Positions 22,095-32,110 of a stretch of DNA of 33,605 nt are shown piece after piece. The translations under genes and the position numbers were made by a program. Below the pieces are notes generated by a model. That model was given only the letters and a program-made list of their open reading frames with translations, did no database searches and had not been told where the DNA came from. Origin of the DNA: Nemertoderma westbladi (lineage: Eukaryota; Animalia; Xenacoelomorpha); NCBI GenBank assembly GCA_032718475.1, contig JAUCBJ010009050.1, positions 1 to 33,605 on the forward strand, read 5' to 3'. Every line of letters begins with the position of its first letter. Positions within the stretch are counted from its first letter, which is position 1.

Positions 22095-22844
22095 CTGCGA
22101 TTAAGTATAAGAAAATATAAATAACAAGAAAGGCAGAACAACTACCAGGTTAATGGTAGTTGTTCAGGGAACATGGCAGAGGGGTGATATCAATACAATA
22201 CTTACAGTATTTAACAATTCAGAACTTATATAACTTCAGTTACATATCATTGCCAAGTACCAGCACCACCGTGCAGGTACGACTAATGGCCCTATATGGC
22301 TTCGACTTATGTGTAGCGCCAGGTGGTTATAATAGGACATGGCCAGGAGGCCATATATGATGGATATACTGTAGTACCGGTATGGTTTCAGTTTATTTAT
22401 TTATTTATTTCACTAATACATATATAAAGTACATACAATATACATAACAAAAAAAAATTACAATCCAAATTTACGTATTTACAAACAGTTAATTTCCTCG
22501 AAATAAGTGCCGCAGCGTTAAGTTTTAAAAGTAATGTGAAATTAAAATTTAACTAGGTAATAGTGAAAAGGGCTACACGGCAATATAGCAAAGCTAGTAC
22601 GTGGCTGTGCGCCGTTTAGAAGGTTATTGACGATTTTAATACAGTATATATTGTGTTCATTAGAATTACTACCGTATACGTTATATTGTATAATTAAATT
22701 TAAAGCACCGCGTAGAAATATATGAATACATAAAAGTGACGATCCATCTGTACTTAGGCACGACATTTTAATTAAAAATTAAAATAAATAATTAAAAATT
22801 AATTAAAAAAATTAAAATTAAAAAAAAATAATTAAAAATCAACA

Positions 22845-24713
22845 TCATGGGCTGAAGTAATCAAACGAAATACAGATGGAATAAAAGAAATGGAAATAAA
22901 GCTCCAAGCTGCAGTATCTTCAACTGCACCTAAACAATCTGCCAATGTCAATGATATAGAAAAAATTATCAGGCAAAATGAGGACCGTAAACATAATGTA
23001 ATCATCCATGGTGTTCCTGGAGACAATAAAAACAACTTACAGTACACACAGCAACGCCTGAAAGACAAATCATTATTCCAGGAATTACTTCAGGGGAAGC
23101 CTGCGCCCCATAGTATTTCCAGAATTGATAGACCACGAGAGGACTGCACACCAAGACCGTGGAGGAGGACCGATAGAGGACGCAAATACAAGCAAAACAA
23201 ACAGTCGGCCGAAGCCGGAGGCGACCCGAAGGCTCCTCTTTCGATAGCTGCTACCCGAGGGTAGGGGTGGGCGCTACTCGTATCCCAAGATTTGCCCCCC
23301 AGTTATTTAACTGGTACTCATTTTATCGACCCCAGTGGATGAAAGGCTGACTGGATCCTGACGGGGCTGAACCTACAACCATTAGATTACAGGCCCGGCG
23401 CTCAACCAACTGAGCTACCCCGTGAACTTGCTTGAACGTGAACTTGCTTTTAAAGCAAGACAACGGAAACGACAACTAGGTCTGAGGCGGCCTACTACTA
23501 ACATGGAAGTTGAGGTGGGGCATATTACCATAAATGATTCCACCCAATCGAGTTTTGATAGAATTGACTGACTAGATAGCTCAGTACAAACTCGAGATGG
23601 AAGAGCTGTTAATGCTACTTTTATCAATAAAAATCCATAATCTTTCCAATGTCTCAAATGCAACATGCAATAATTCCACACAAAACCATGATAAAAACAA
23701 TATCCACTCCACTCCAATATACCCATGTACACATACACTTACAAACCTAAAAAAACTCTTCTCCTTCATGAACTCAACTGGTCTGTTTCAACTTATAACT
23801 GAACCCACTAGGGTCACCGATACAACCTCAACTTGTATTGATCATATCTTCACATCTCTCCCAGAAATGGAAGCCAACTCAGGGGTAATCAAGGAGGCCC
23901 TTAGCTCTACGTGCAACCTTAAATCTGGTGTTTCACCTTTCAAATATAAAGGTGCAACAATTGTTGATGAAATTGAAAAACTCCGTATTTTATCTGATGT
24001 ATTTTCTGAAAACTATTCTGTTGATGATGGTGCTAGTCCCATATTTGAGCGCCATGTTCCAAGTAATATTTCTTTATCCATGTTGATTTTAGTCCTGTAA
24101 ACGTTTGCTGTATGTTACGTAAAATTTAAGGTTAATTGAGTCGTACACCTGATGGTTTCCCCAGTATTATTTTCTCTAAATTATCACGCTCGCTGCTTGG
24201 CAGCCCCTCTAGCGGCCATATTCCAAATCTCATTCAGTAGCCACTGTCTACCTTCAATTTGGTTTACAGCATACGTAGTTCCTATTTACTGTAAATATTT
24301 ATACTCATTATGTATACTGTATATACTATATTTTTATCTACGCTATCGTTAGATTCGATCTGATATTTTTATTTCCGTGTTCTTTATTTCCGTTTTTTAT
24401 ATATGATTTTATCCGTTACAATCCTAGTTATTTTATTTCACTGTTCTACTGTATGTTTTGTTTTCATCAGCACTACTGTCGACTGTTGTTTACTTGATTA
24501 TTTAAATCACCATTGGATGTACTGTATATTTTAATTAGATGCATTGGTCACTTTCTTTCTGATAATTCCGTTTGGTGTCTGTTGTTATTTTCTTCTGTGT
24601 CCGCTTGGCAACTGTGAGTGTACCTGGTTTTTACCGTGTACCTAGTTGTTTTTCTCCGGTGACAATATTAATTCATTTTATAATATTTCACTGTGTTAAT
24701 AATAATAATAATT
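22845..24713 (+). pseudogene. Internally deleted, decayed CR1/L2-type LINE (ORF1 piece, endonuclease end, RT start, 3' UTR-like tail)
   Basis: ORF1-like EDRKHNVIIHGVP...PRP; APE C-terminus QLITEPTRVTDTTSTCIDHIF; linker DVFSENYSVDDG; RT start LAAPLAAIFQISF..LPSIW..VVPIY; T-rich region ending in (AAT)n near 24698-24713. Confidence 0.65.
23189..23421 (-). mobile_element. tRNA-derived SINE with Nin/Deu-like central domain
   Basis: Minus strand reads ggggtagctcagttggttgagcg (A box), ctgtaat anticodon-like loop, ggttcagccc (B box), then cagcctttcatcc..ggggtcgataaaatgagtacc (Nin/Deu core as recalled), a GC-rich 3' part and a tgtt-type tail. Confidence 0.8.
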
Positions 24714-24785
24714 AATGGCAAGATACTGAAATATGGCATTTAAATTAAGTGCAAGGTTAAATCCAAATCCCACAATAAACGAAAT

Positions 24786-26200
24786 TCAATAGAAGAGGTT
24801 TACAGTTATATTTTTGAGAGTAATCAGCCGTTATCTGCGTCGTCTTTCCGTTATATTTTTGAGAGTAATCAGCCGTTATCTGCGTTGTTTTTCCGTTATA
24901 TTTTTGAGAGTAATCAGCCGTTATCTGCGTTGTTTTTCCGTTATATTTTTGAGAGTAATCAGCCGTTATCTGCGTCGTCTTTCCGTTATATTTTTGAGAG
25001 TAATCAGCCGTTATCTGCGTTGTTTTTCCGTTATATTTTTGAGAGTAATCAGCCGTTATCTGCGTTGTTTTTCAGTTATATTTTTGAGAGTAATCAGCCG
25101 TTATCTGCGTCGTCTTTCCGTTATATTTTTGAGAGTAATCAGCCGTTATCTGCGTTGTTTTTCCGTTATATTTTTGAGAGTAATCAGCCGTTATCTGCGT
25201 TGTTTTTCCGTTATATTTTTGAGAGTAATCAGCCGTTATCTGCGTTGTTTTTCAGTTATATTTTTGAGAGTAATCAGCCGTTATCTGCGTCGTCTTTCCG
25301 TTATATTTTTGAGAGTAATCAGCCGTTATCTGCGTTGTTTTTCCGTTATATTTTTGAGAGTAATCAGCCGTTATCTGCGTTGTTTTTCCGTTATATTTTT
25401 GAGAGTAATCAGCCGTTATCTGCGTCGTCTTTCCGTTATATTTTTGAGAGTAATCAGCCGTTATCTGCGTTGTTTTTCCGTTATATTTTTGAGAGTAATC
25501 AGCCGTTATCTGCGTTGTTTTTCCGTTATATTTTTGAGAGTAATCAGCCGTTATCTGCGTTGTTTTTCCGTTATATTTTTGAGAGTAATCAGCCGTTATC
25601 TGCGTTGTTTTTCCGTTATATTTTTGAGAGTAATCAGCCGTTATCTGCGTCGTCTTTCCGTTATATTTTTGAGAGTAATCAGCCGTTATCTGCGTTGTTT
25701 TTCCGTTATATTTTTGAGAGTAATCAGCCGTTATCTGCGTTGTTTTTCCGTTATATTTTTGAGAGTAATCAGCCGTTATCTGCGTTGTTTTTCCGTTATA
25801 TTTTTGAGAGTAATCAGCCGTTATCTGCGTTGTTTTTCCGTTATATTTTTGAGAGTAATCAGCCGTTATCTGCGTCGTTTTTCCCTTGTGTTGGGGGAAT
25901 TTTGATTGCGCAGAAATATATAGTACAGAACATTTGAGAAACATCCTTATGGTCTATTGGTAGAATGGTTTATTTTATACTACACCATAAAAAATAAAAT
26001 ACTTATTGTAATTTTAAGGGGGGGGGGGGGGGGGGGGGGTTGTTATCCTCGTGGGTTTATATCAGCATTTGGAATGACTCATTATGTTCGATCGTGAAAC
26101 AATCCGCTCGGATCAGCTCGCGAGTATTTGGCGTAAATCGACGGGGGAATTTGACGCAAATAACAGCTGATTACTCTTAAAAATTAAACTGTTCTATTGA
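24786..26200. mobile_element. MITE-like element(s) bounded by inverted tcaatagaa...ttctattga termini
   Basis: Reverse complement of ~26151-26200 (tcaatagaacagtttaatttttaagagtaatcagctgttatttgcgtc) resembles 24786-24841, which includes the first array unit. Confidence 0.55.
24803..25884. repeat. 45-bp tandem array, ~24 copies (ttatatttttgagagtaatcagccgttatctgcgttgtttttccg)
   Basis: Directly visible; two main variants (cgtcgtct vs cgttgttt). Confidence 0.98.
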
Positions 26201-26293
26201 CTTTAGTTTCTTATTTTGATTATTTATAATAATGTGTCATACTGTAACCCGCCTCTTTGGAAGTCTCAAACTGAAAAAAAGTTATAAACAAAC

Positions 26294-26833
26294 CTTAAGC
26301 GCATTATCTAGGGTTATATCCATGAAGTAGACGTTGTTTGCGGTAACAATCTGGTCGCCAACCTTCAGTCCTGCTTGGTCCGCAATGCCTCTTTTTTGAA
26401 CCATACTAACGAAGATGCCGATGTTGTATTCCGCTCCGCCTCGGATGTGGAATCCGAACGATTCCTCATCGCTCGCTCGTTCCATACCGACCCGTCCGAT
26501 ATCCACATCCTCGTTGTCCCAATTCCGATTCTCGCCTTCCACGGAGGTCTGCTCGTTCTTTAAACTCTCCATCCAGTTGTCCGACATCGTTAGGAAGGGC
26601 CCGCGATCCGACTCCGGGAGGATCTTCGCGACGTCCGCCATTAGTTCGCGTTTATTCGGAGTGTCGAGGAGGGCTTTCAGGTTCTCCAGAAGTTCTACAA
26701 GGTCCCGTTCGCGGTCGTATTCGTCTAAACATCGCAGGAAATGCCGCCGTTCTACGTCGCTGAGGTTGTAGCTGAGGTGTTGGTGGAACGTTCGCATGTT
26801 TTTAGACAACTTCTGGTCATCAATCGGAGCCAT
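26294..26833 (-). CDS. WHRN: Whirlin-like first coding exon (harmonin-N-like domain plus most of PDZ1)
   Basis: ATG in good Kozak context (aagATGG) at 26833; LSKNMRTFHQHL..ERRHFLRCLDEY..LLDTPNKREL..LPESD resembles whirlin HHD1; PDZ GFHIRGGAEYNIGIFVS..GLKVGDQI; donor AAG|gtttgt at 26293; splices in frame to exon 2. Confidence 0.9.
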
Positions 26834-27409
26834 CTTTGATTCCGACTTGACCAAACGGACTAGTATTTAGTAGTGCAGTTGTAGTACAAAGGTAATTAAA
26901 TAAAACACAATTTACATAAATTAGTTATAAATCAAATACGTTTAACTTTACTACGTTTATGACTAGTATAGAAGGTGTCACTCAGTTCCACACAATAGTT
27001 CTCACTTATAATTAATATTAATATTTCATTTTAGAGTTGTCATTGTAGTCATACAGGCTGTAGGCATCGCAACTACATCCTAATCCTACATCGTTTAACC
27101 ATAACCTACAGTATAGTTGTATAGGTTGGCTGCTCGCCCCCTAATTATCATTTAAGGGAAAGGAACAGATTACAGTGACATGTAATTCTAACCAAAACAA
27201 TTAACTTGAGTTATATAACAGGTGACAGTTTCATAATCAGATAGACAAATTATAATTATTTATTGAAGTTGGCTGACTCTCCAACGTAGTTAGTGAGTTA
27301 CAGTTTATAACAATAATTAATAATCATACATTTTATTGATATCGATCGGCATGCTGCCCCCCCCCTCCCCCCCGGTGGCTATATCCATTAAGATTACTAA
27401 AATAGTCTA

Positions 27410-27464
27410 ACATGGCACGGTACTGAGTCCCAAGTCCCACGCTCTGCCAACTGAGCCACTGGGG
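27410..27464 (-). mobile_element. Possible tRNA-derived SINE head fragment
   Basis: Minus strand ccccagtggctcagttggcagagcg is an A-box/D-arm-like sequence; no clear B box. Confidence 0.4.
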
Positions 27465-27788
27465 CCGTATCAAGCCTTAATACCAAAACCTAACGAGAAA
27501 TTAACAACAACGGATAGAATACGTGAGGTCTCGCTACGCGGACATAAAATTGTAAGAGTTTAATAAGCAATATGGGTATGGCAGAGATCACAATATTACT
27601 GTATATATACTGCATATCCCTATTCAATAGAATGAAAAATTTATGTGTCACATAGAATAAAAAATAAATAAAATACAATACTTAGTACACGCCGATATCC
27701 CAATGACCTGACCACAATCGCCATTCGCCGCCGGATGCCCAAGTCGCCTCCGCCAGCTAATTCCGGGTTATATAACTCTACCCTCTAT

Positions 27789-28327
27789 AGAATGCTGTGC
27801 CGGCTTCTCGACAAAATTACGCCGCCACAACTCCCAAAATTACGCCGCCACAACTCCCTATCCCCTATGACTTTCGCAAGATAATCCCCATCTTCAAGGC
27901 CATTGTCCTATAAGAGGCGTCTCAAGAAAGTCATGGGCTGTCCACCATGCTTACTTGCTCCATGAGGCTGCCAAAGCACAAGATTATGAACTGGTTGGTC
28001 CTCACAGCGAAAGCAATGTCCTGCAAATCGGAGGCGGCTTTGTTCAAGTGCCAAGGTTGGGGGAACCAATAAGACACCCCCAATGTCATATAGTGTCTGG
28101 TTGGAGATGTGTGCATTGTACTTGACGCAGTGAACCCGACGTAGCATTCTTGTGAATGTACCATCCATTTTGTCGATAAGCCGGCACAGCATTCTTAAAA
28201 ATGCAGCTGCAATGCAGCATGCCGATCCTAGTAGTAGTAGTAGTATCCAGAGATTTGGTGTCCTCAGCTGTTACGACTCCCAGCATGGACTCCCATAGAG
28301 GAGTACAGGTTCTACTGCTGCTCTAAA
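27789..28327 (-). pseudogene. Diverged RTE 3' fragment with a nested, inverted 77-bp RTE 3' end (28168-28244, + strand)
   Basis: Homologous to ~15287-15718 (DGTFTRMLRRVHCVKYNAHISN, RLRFAGHC); nested piece ends gccgatcc(tag)5 and is flanked by atcca duplications. Confidence 0.88.
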
Positions 28328-29024
28328 TTGAAACATTAAGATTACGTTTTATTCTATGTTACTTCCTAATCATGGCCAAGGCTATCACATTTAGCGCTTC
28401 CTTCCATTTAAAAAGATTAGGTCTTCCTTCACCTGACTTCCGGATCGATGATCCCGAGTTTAGTCACTCACTTTATGATGATACTATAAGGAAGGACACA
28501 ATATAAAGACACAATTAATATAAAATACAGAACGTAGGCTTACACATTGATTACACAGTACGAAATAATACGACTCGACTAAAGTACTGTAATCAAATTT
28601 TAACATTGGTGCAACAACCAATGTTAACTGCTAAACAGTTAACAGTTAAAGTTGATTCAATATTCGAAACTTCCAGTATACCTTTAGGTAAACCGTGCTC
28701 AGACTATTTGACGCTTGCCAACAACGCGGTAGTAGAACGTTGCCTGTATGCTAGAGGATGATCATAGTGTAAATACAAAACAATTTGAAATATACTGTAC
28801 TGTGGAATGTGTTTAAACCATAATTCTTGGCACTGCAGAGTGTAAAGGAATTATGACATGTTACCTACACACAATAAAAAGGTATGGGCTACTTTCAGTT
28901 CCCTATAGCTGACTGTCCTGTTTGTAGAAGATTATGGGGGCCCAACATCAAAGCGTCAATGTTAATTAATTATTAAATAGTCGTTGTTGACAGATATCAG
29001 AGCGCTGCGGTGATATTCCGCCAG

Positions 29025-30525
29025 AAGTTAAGTTAATAACCAATACTAGGCAGTTAATAAGTTAATAAGTTAATAACCAATACTAGGCAGTTAATAAGTT
29101 AATAACCAATACTAGGCAGTTAATAAGTTAATAAGTTAATAACCAATACTAGGCAGTTAATAAGTTAATAAGTTAATAACCAATACTAGGCAGTTAATAA
29201 GTTAATAAGTTAATAACCAATACTAGGCAGTTAATAAGTTAATAACCAATACTAGGCAGTTAATAAGTTAATAAGTTAATAACCAATACTAGGCAGTTAA
29301 TAAGTTAATATAAGTTAATAACCAATACTAGGCAGTTAATAAGTTAATAAGTTAATAACCAATACTAGGCAGTTAATAAGTTAATAACCAATACTAGGCA
29401 GTTAATAAGTTAATAAGTTAATAACCAATACTAGGCAGTTAATAAGTTAATAACCAATACTAGGCAGTTAATAAGTTAATAAGTTAATAACCAATACAAG
29501 GCAGTTAATAAGTTAATAAGTTAATAACCAATACTAGGCAGTTAATAAGTTAATAAGTTAATAACCAATACTAGGCAGTTAATAAGTTAATAAGTTAATA
29601 ACCAATACTAGGCAGTTAATAAGTTAATAAGTTAATAACCAATACTAGGCAGTTAATAAGTTAATAACCAATACTAGGCAGTTAATAAGTTAATAAGTTA
29701 ATAACCAATACTAGGCAGTTAATAAGTTAATATAAGTTAATAACCAATACTAGGCAGTTAATAAGTTAATAAGTTAATAACCAATACTAGGCAGTTAATA
29801 AGTTAATAACCAATACGAGGCAGTTAATAAGTTAATAACCAATACTAGGCAGTTTATAAGTTAATAAGTTAATAACCAATACTAGGCAGTTAATAAGTTA
29901 ATAAGTTAATAACCAATACTAGGCAGTTAATAAGTTAATAAGTTAATAACCAATACTAGGCAGTTAATAAGTTAATAAGTTAATAACCAATACTAGGCAG
30001 TTAATAAGTTAATAACCAATACTAGGCAGTTAATAAGTTAATAAGTTAATAACCAATACTAGACAGTTTATAAGTTAATAAGTTAATAACCAATACTAGG
30101 CAGTTAATAAGTTAATAAGTTAATAACCAATACTAGGCAGTTAATAAGTTAATAAGTTAATAACCAATACTAGGCAGTTAATAAGTTAATAACCAATACT
30201 AGGCAGTTAATAAGTTAATAAGTTAATAACCAATACTAGGCAGTTAATAAGTTAATAAGTTAATAACCAATACTAGGCATTTAATAAGTTAATAACCAAT
30301 ACAAGGCAGTTAATAAGTTAATAAGTTAATAACCAATACTAGGCAGTTAATAAGTTAATAAGTTAATAACCAATACTAGGCAGTTAATAAGTTAATAAGT
30401 TAATAACCAATACTAGGCAGTTAATAAGTTAATAAGTTAATAACCAATACTAGGCAGTTAATAAGTTAATAACCAATACTAGGCAGTTAATAAGTTAATA
30501 AGTTAATAACCAATACTAGGCAGTT
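29025..30525. repeat. Compound minisatellite: aaccaatactaggcagttaat + (aagttaat)1-2, units of 29/37 bp, roughly 40-45 copies
   Basis: Directly visible tandem units with a variable 8-bp sub-repeat. Confidence 0.96.
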
Positions 30526-30902
30526 GCAAACGGTTATTCATAGTTTGTAATAATCAGTGTTCATTATTCGTAGTTTGTAATGTAGGGCCTACGATTTTTA
30601 TCACTAATTTTCTATGTTAATTGCATTTGCAATATAGATCAAGTCTAATTCTAAGGATATGTGATGTCGTCACTAATGAGGGTGGAGGTGGAGGATCTAA
30701 AGAAGGGATCCGTAGCAGCTAAAATTGTTTCGTTGAACCTGTTAACAACCTTGTCCACACCATCCTTATCCATGGTCTCAATACTATCATTGATAATATC
30801 TGAAATACAGTTCCAGTCACTAGTTAAATTAGGCGATTCTAGCCTTCTAACCCCTTCCTAGCCTTCTGGGTTCATTGTGTCAAGTACATTGAACACATCT
30901 TC

Positions 30903-31380
30903 AATCAGAGCATTGGATGTGTGTCATTAGGGGGGGGGGGAAATCGATTTTTCAATGACAATCCCCTCTAATGCAGATTTTTATGGGGATTTCAAATCTT
31001 CAAACCGTTTGTTAATAGCTGATTAAGTTCAAAAGTTATGAGTGTTAATGTTAACCATACTCTGCGTAAATGTCTGTGAAAATTGTCTGTCTGGCATTGT
31101 GTTTCTGACGGTTTGTCTGTCAAAATATAACAAAAGCATTCTTTCTAGGTAAAAGTTATGCTATGGGGGTTTTCCTGGTCGCTGATGTCCTTACAAGCGT
31201 CAGTTTTTACTTTTAACGAAAACTATTATGTCTCTATGTCTGTCTGTCCGACGATCTGTCTGTCAAAATATAAGGACATCATACCACCTAGCCTAAACTT
31301 CTTTGTTATGGGTTTTTTGGTCGCTGATTTCATTTCCGAAGTCAGTTTTAATTCTTAGTGAAGTCTATTATGTCTGATTG
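30903..31380. mobile_element. Possible non-autonomous DNA-transposon fragment with ~145-bp internal sub-repeats
   Basis: Repeated tgtctgtc...tgtctgtcaaaatataa and gggttt..tggtcgctgat..gtcagttttta motifs (about 31085-31210 and 31240-31352). Confidence 0.4.
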
Positions 31381-31405
31381 TCGGCAAATTTGTAGCTGAA
31401 TGTAG

Positions 31406-31628
31406 AAAATTGCGCCGCCACAACTCCCTATCACCCATGACATTTGCTAGATCATCCGCATCTTCAAGGCCAGTGTCCTTTAAGATGCGTCTCAAGAAAG
31501 TCATGGGCTGTCCACAATGCTTATTCGCTCCATGAGGGCGTCAAAGTACAAGATTATGCACTGGCTGGTCCTCACGGCGAAAGCAATGTCCTGCAAAGCG
31601 GAGGCGGTACCGTTCAAGTGTCAAGCTA
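31406..31628 (-). pseudogene. Internal RTE fragment (same family as 15251-16312)
   Basis: Close similarity to ~15311-15532 (gccacaactccctatcacccatgacatttgctagatcatccgcatc...). Confidence 0.88.
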
Positions 31629-32110
31629 GGAGCGATCAAACGGTTGGGTGTGCGATCAAACCATGATTTCTTCAAAAGCTGGAGACAAATGGTATTTAAC
31701 TAAGTTATATCCCAGACCAGGACAAAGCAACTCTATATAACTAAATTAATTATCTTACCATTATTAGTTACTATGGTAGTTGGTGAACTAACTGAACCAA
31801 CTGGTAGTTAGTTTTCTACAATTTTTCCCATTATATTCTTAATTGTAATAAATACTGTAGGGCAAGTAAATTAAACTCTCAGTTTACGTAGCCTAGGTTA
31901 CGTAGCCTACTTACACACTAGGCCTACTTGTTATTAATAATAACAAATAATGAGATTTTTAATAGCTAAAATGTTGCAGCAGATAATAAGAAACGGAATG
32001 GAAGTATTTGCTCTACCGTTGATAGGAATTTGATCACGTTTATCCAAATCGACAAAATTAAAGAAATATCTGCAATAACTGCAAATACATCATGGTCTGA
32101 TCAATGAGTC

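Noticed and set aside
22392-22770. LINE 3' end with (TAAA)n tail on the minus strand; similarly a LINE linker-like frame at ~30640-30900
   Set aside because: Only weak resemblance with no diagnostic motif; not annotated without a search.
23350-23421. Functional tRNA-Tyr gene
   Set aside because: The acceptor stem does not close properly and it runs straight into a SINE body; treated as a SINE head.
24814-25944. Long repetitive ORFs on both strands (363, 350 and 230 aa)
   Set aside because: Result of a 45-bp unit lacking stops in several frames; intronic, with no domain signal.
26018-26039. Poly-G/poly-C runs (also ~27357, ~30930, ~32309) as functional G-quadruplexes
   Set aside because: Homopolymer runs are length-unreliable in assemblies and nothing else supports a function.
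12720-27796. One RTE copy split by a 15-kb insertion with an agaatgct 8-bp TSD (the fragment ending at 12727 and the one starting at 27789 are collinear)
   Set aside because: The intervening DNA contains whirlin exons 1-2 in normal order with exon 3 outside it, so independent fragments are far more parsimonious.
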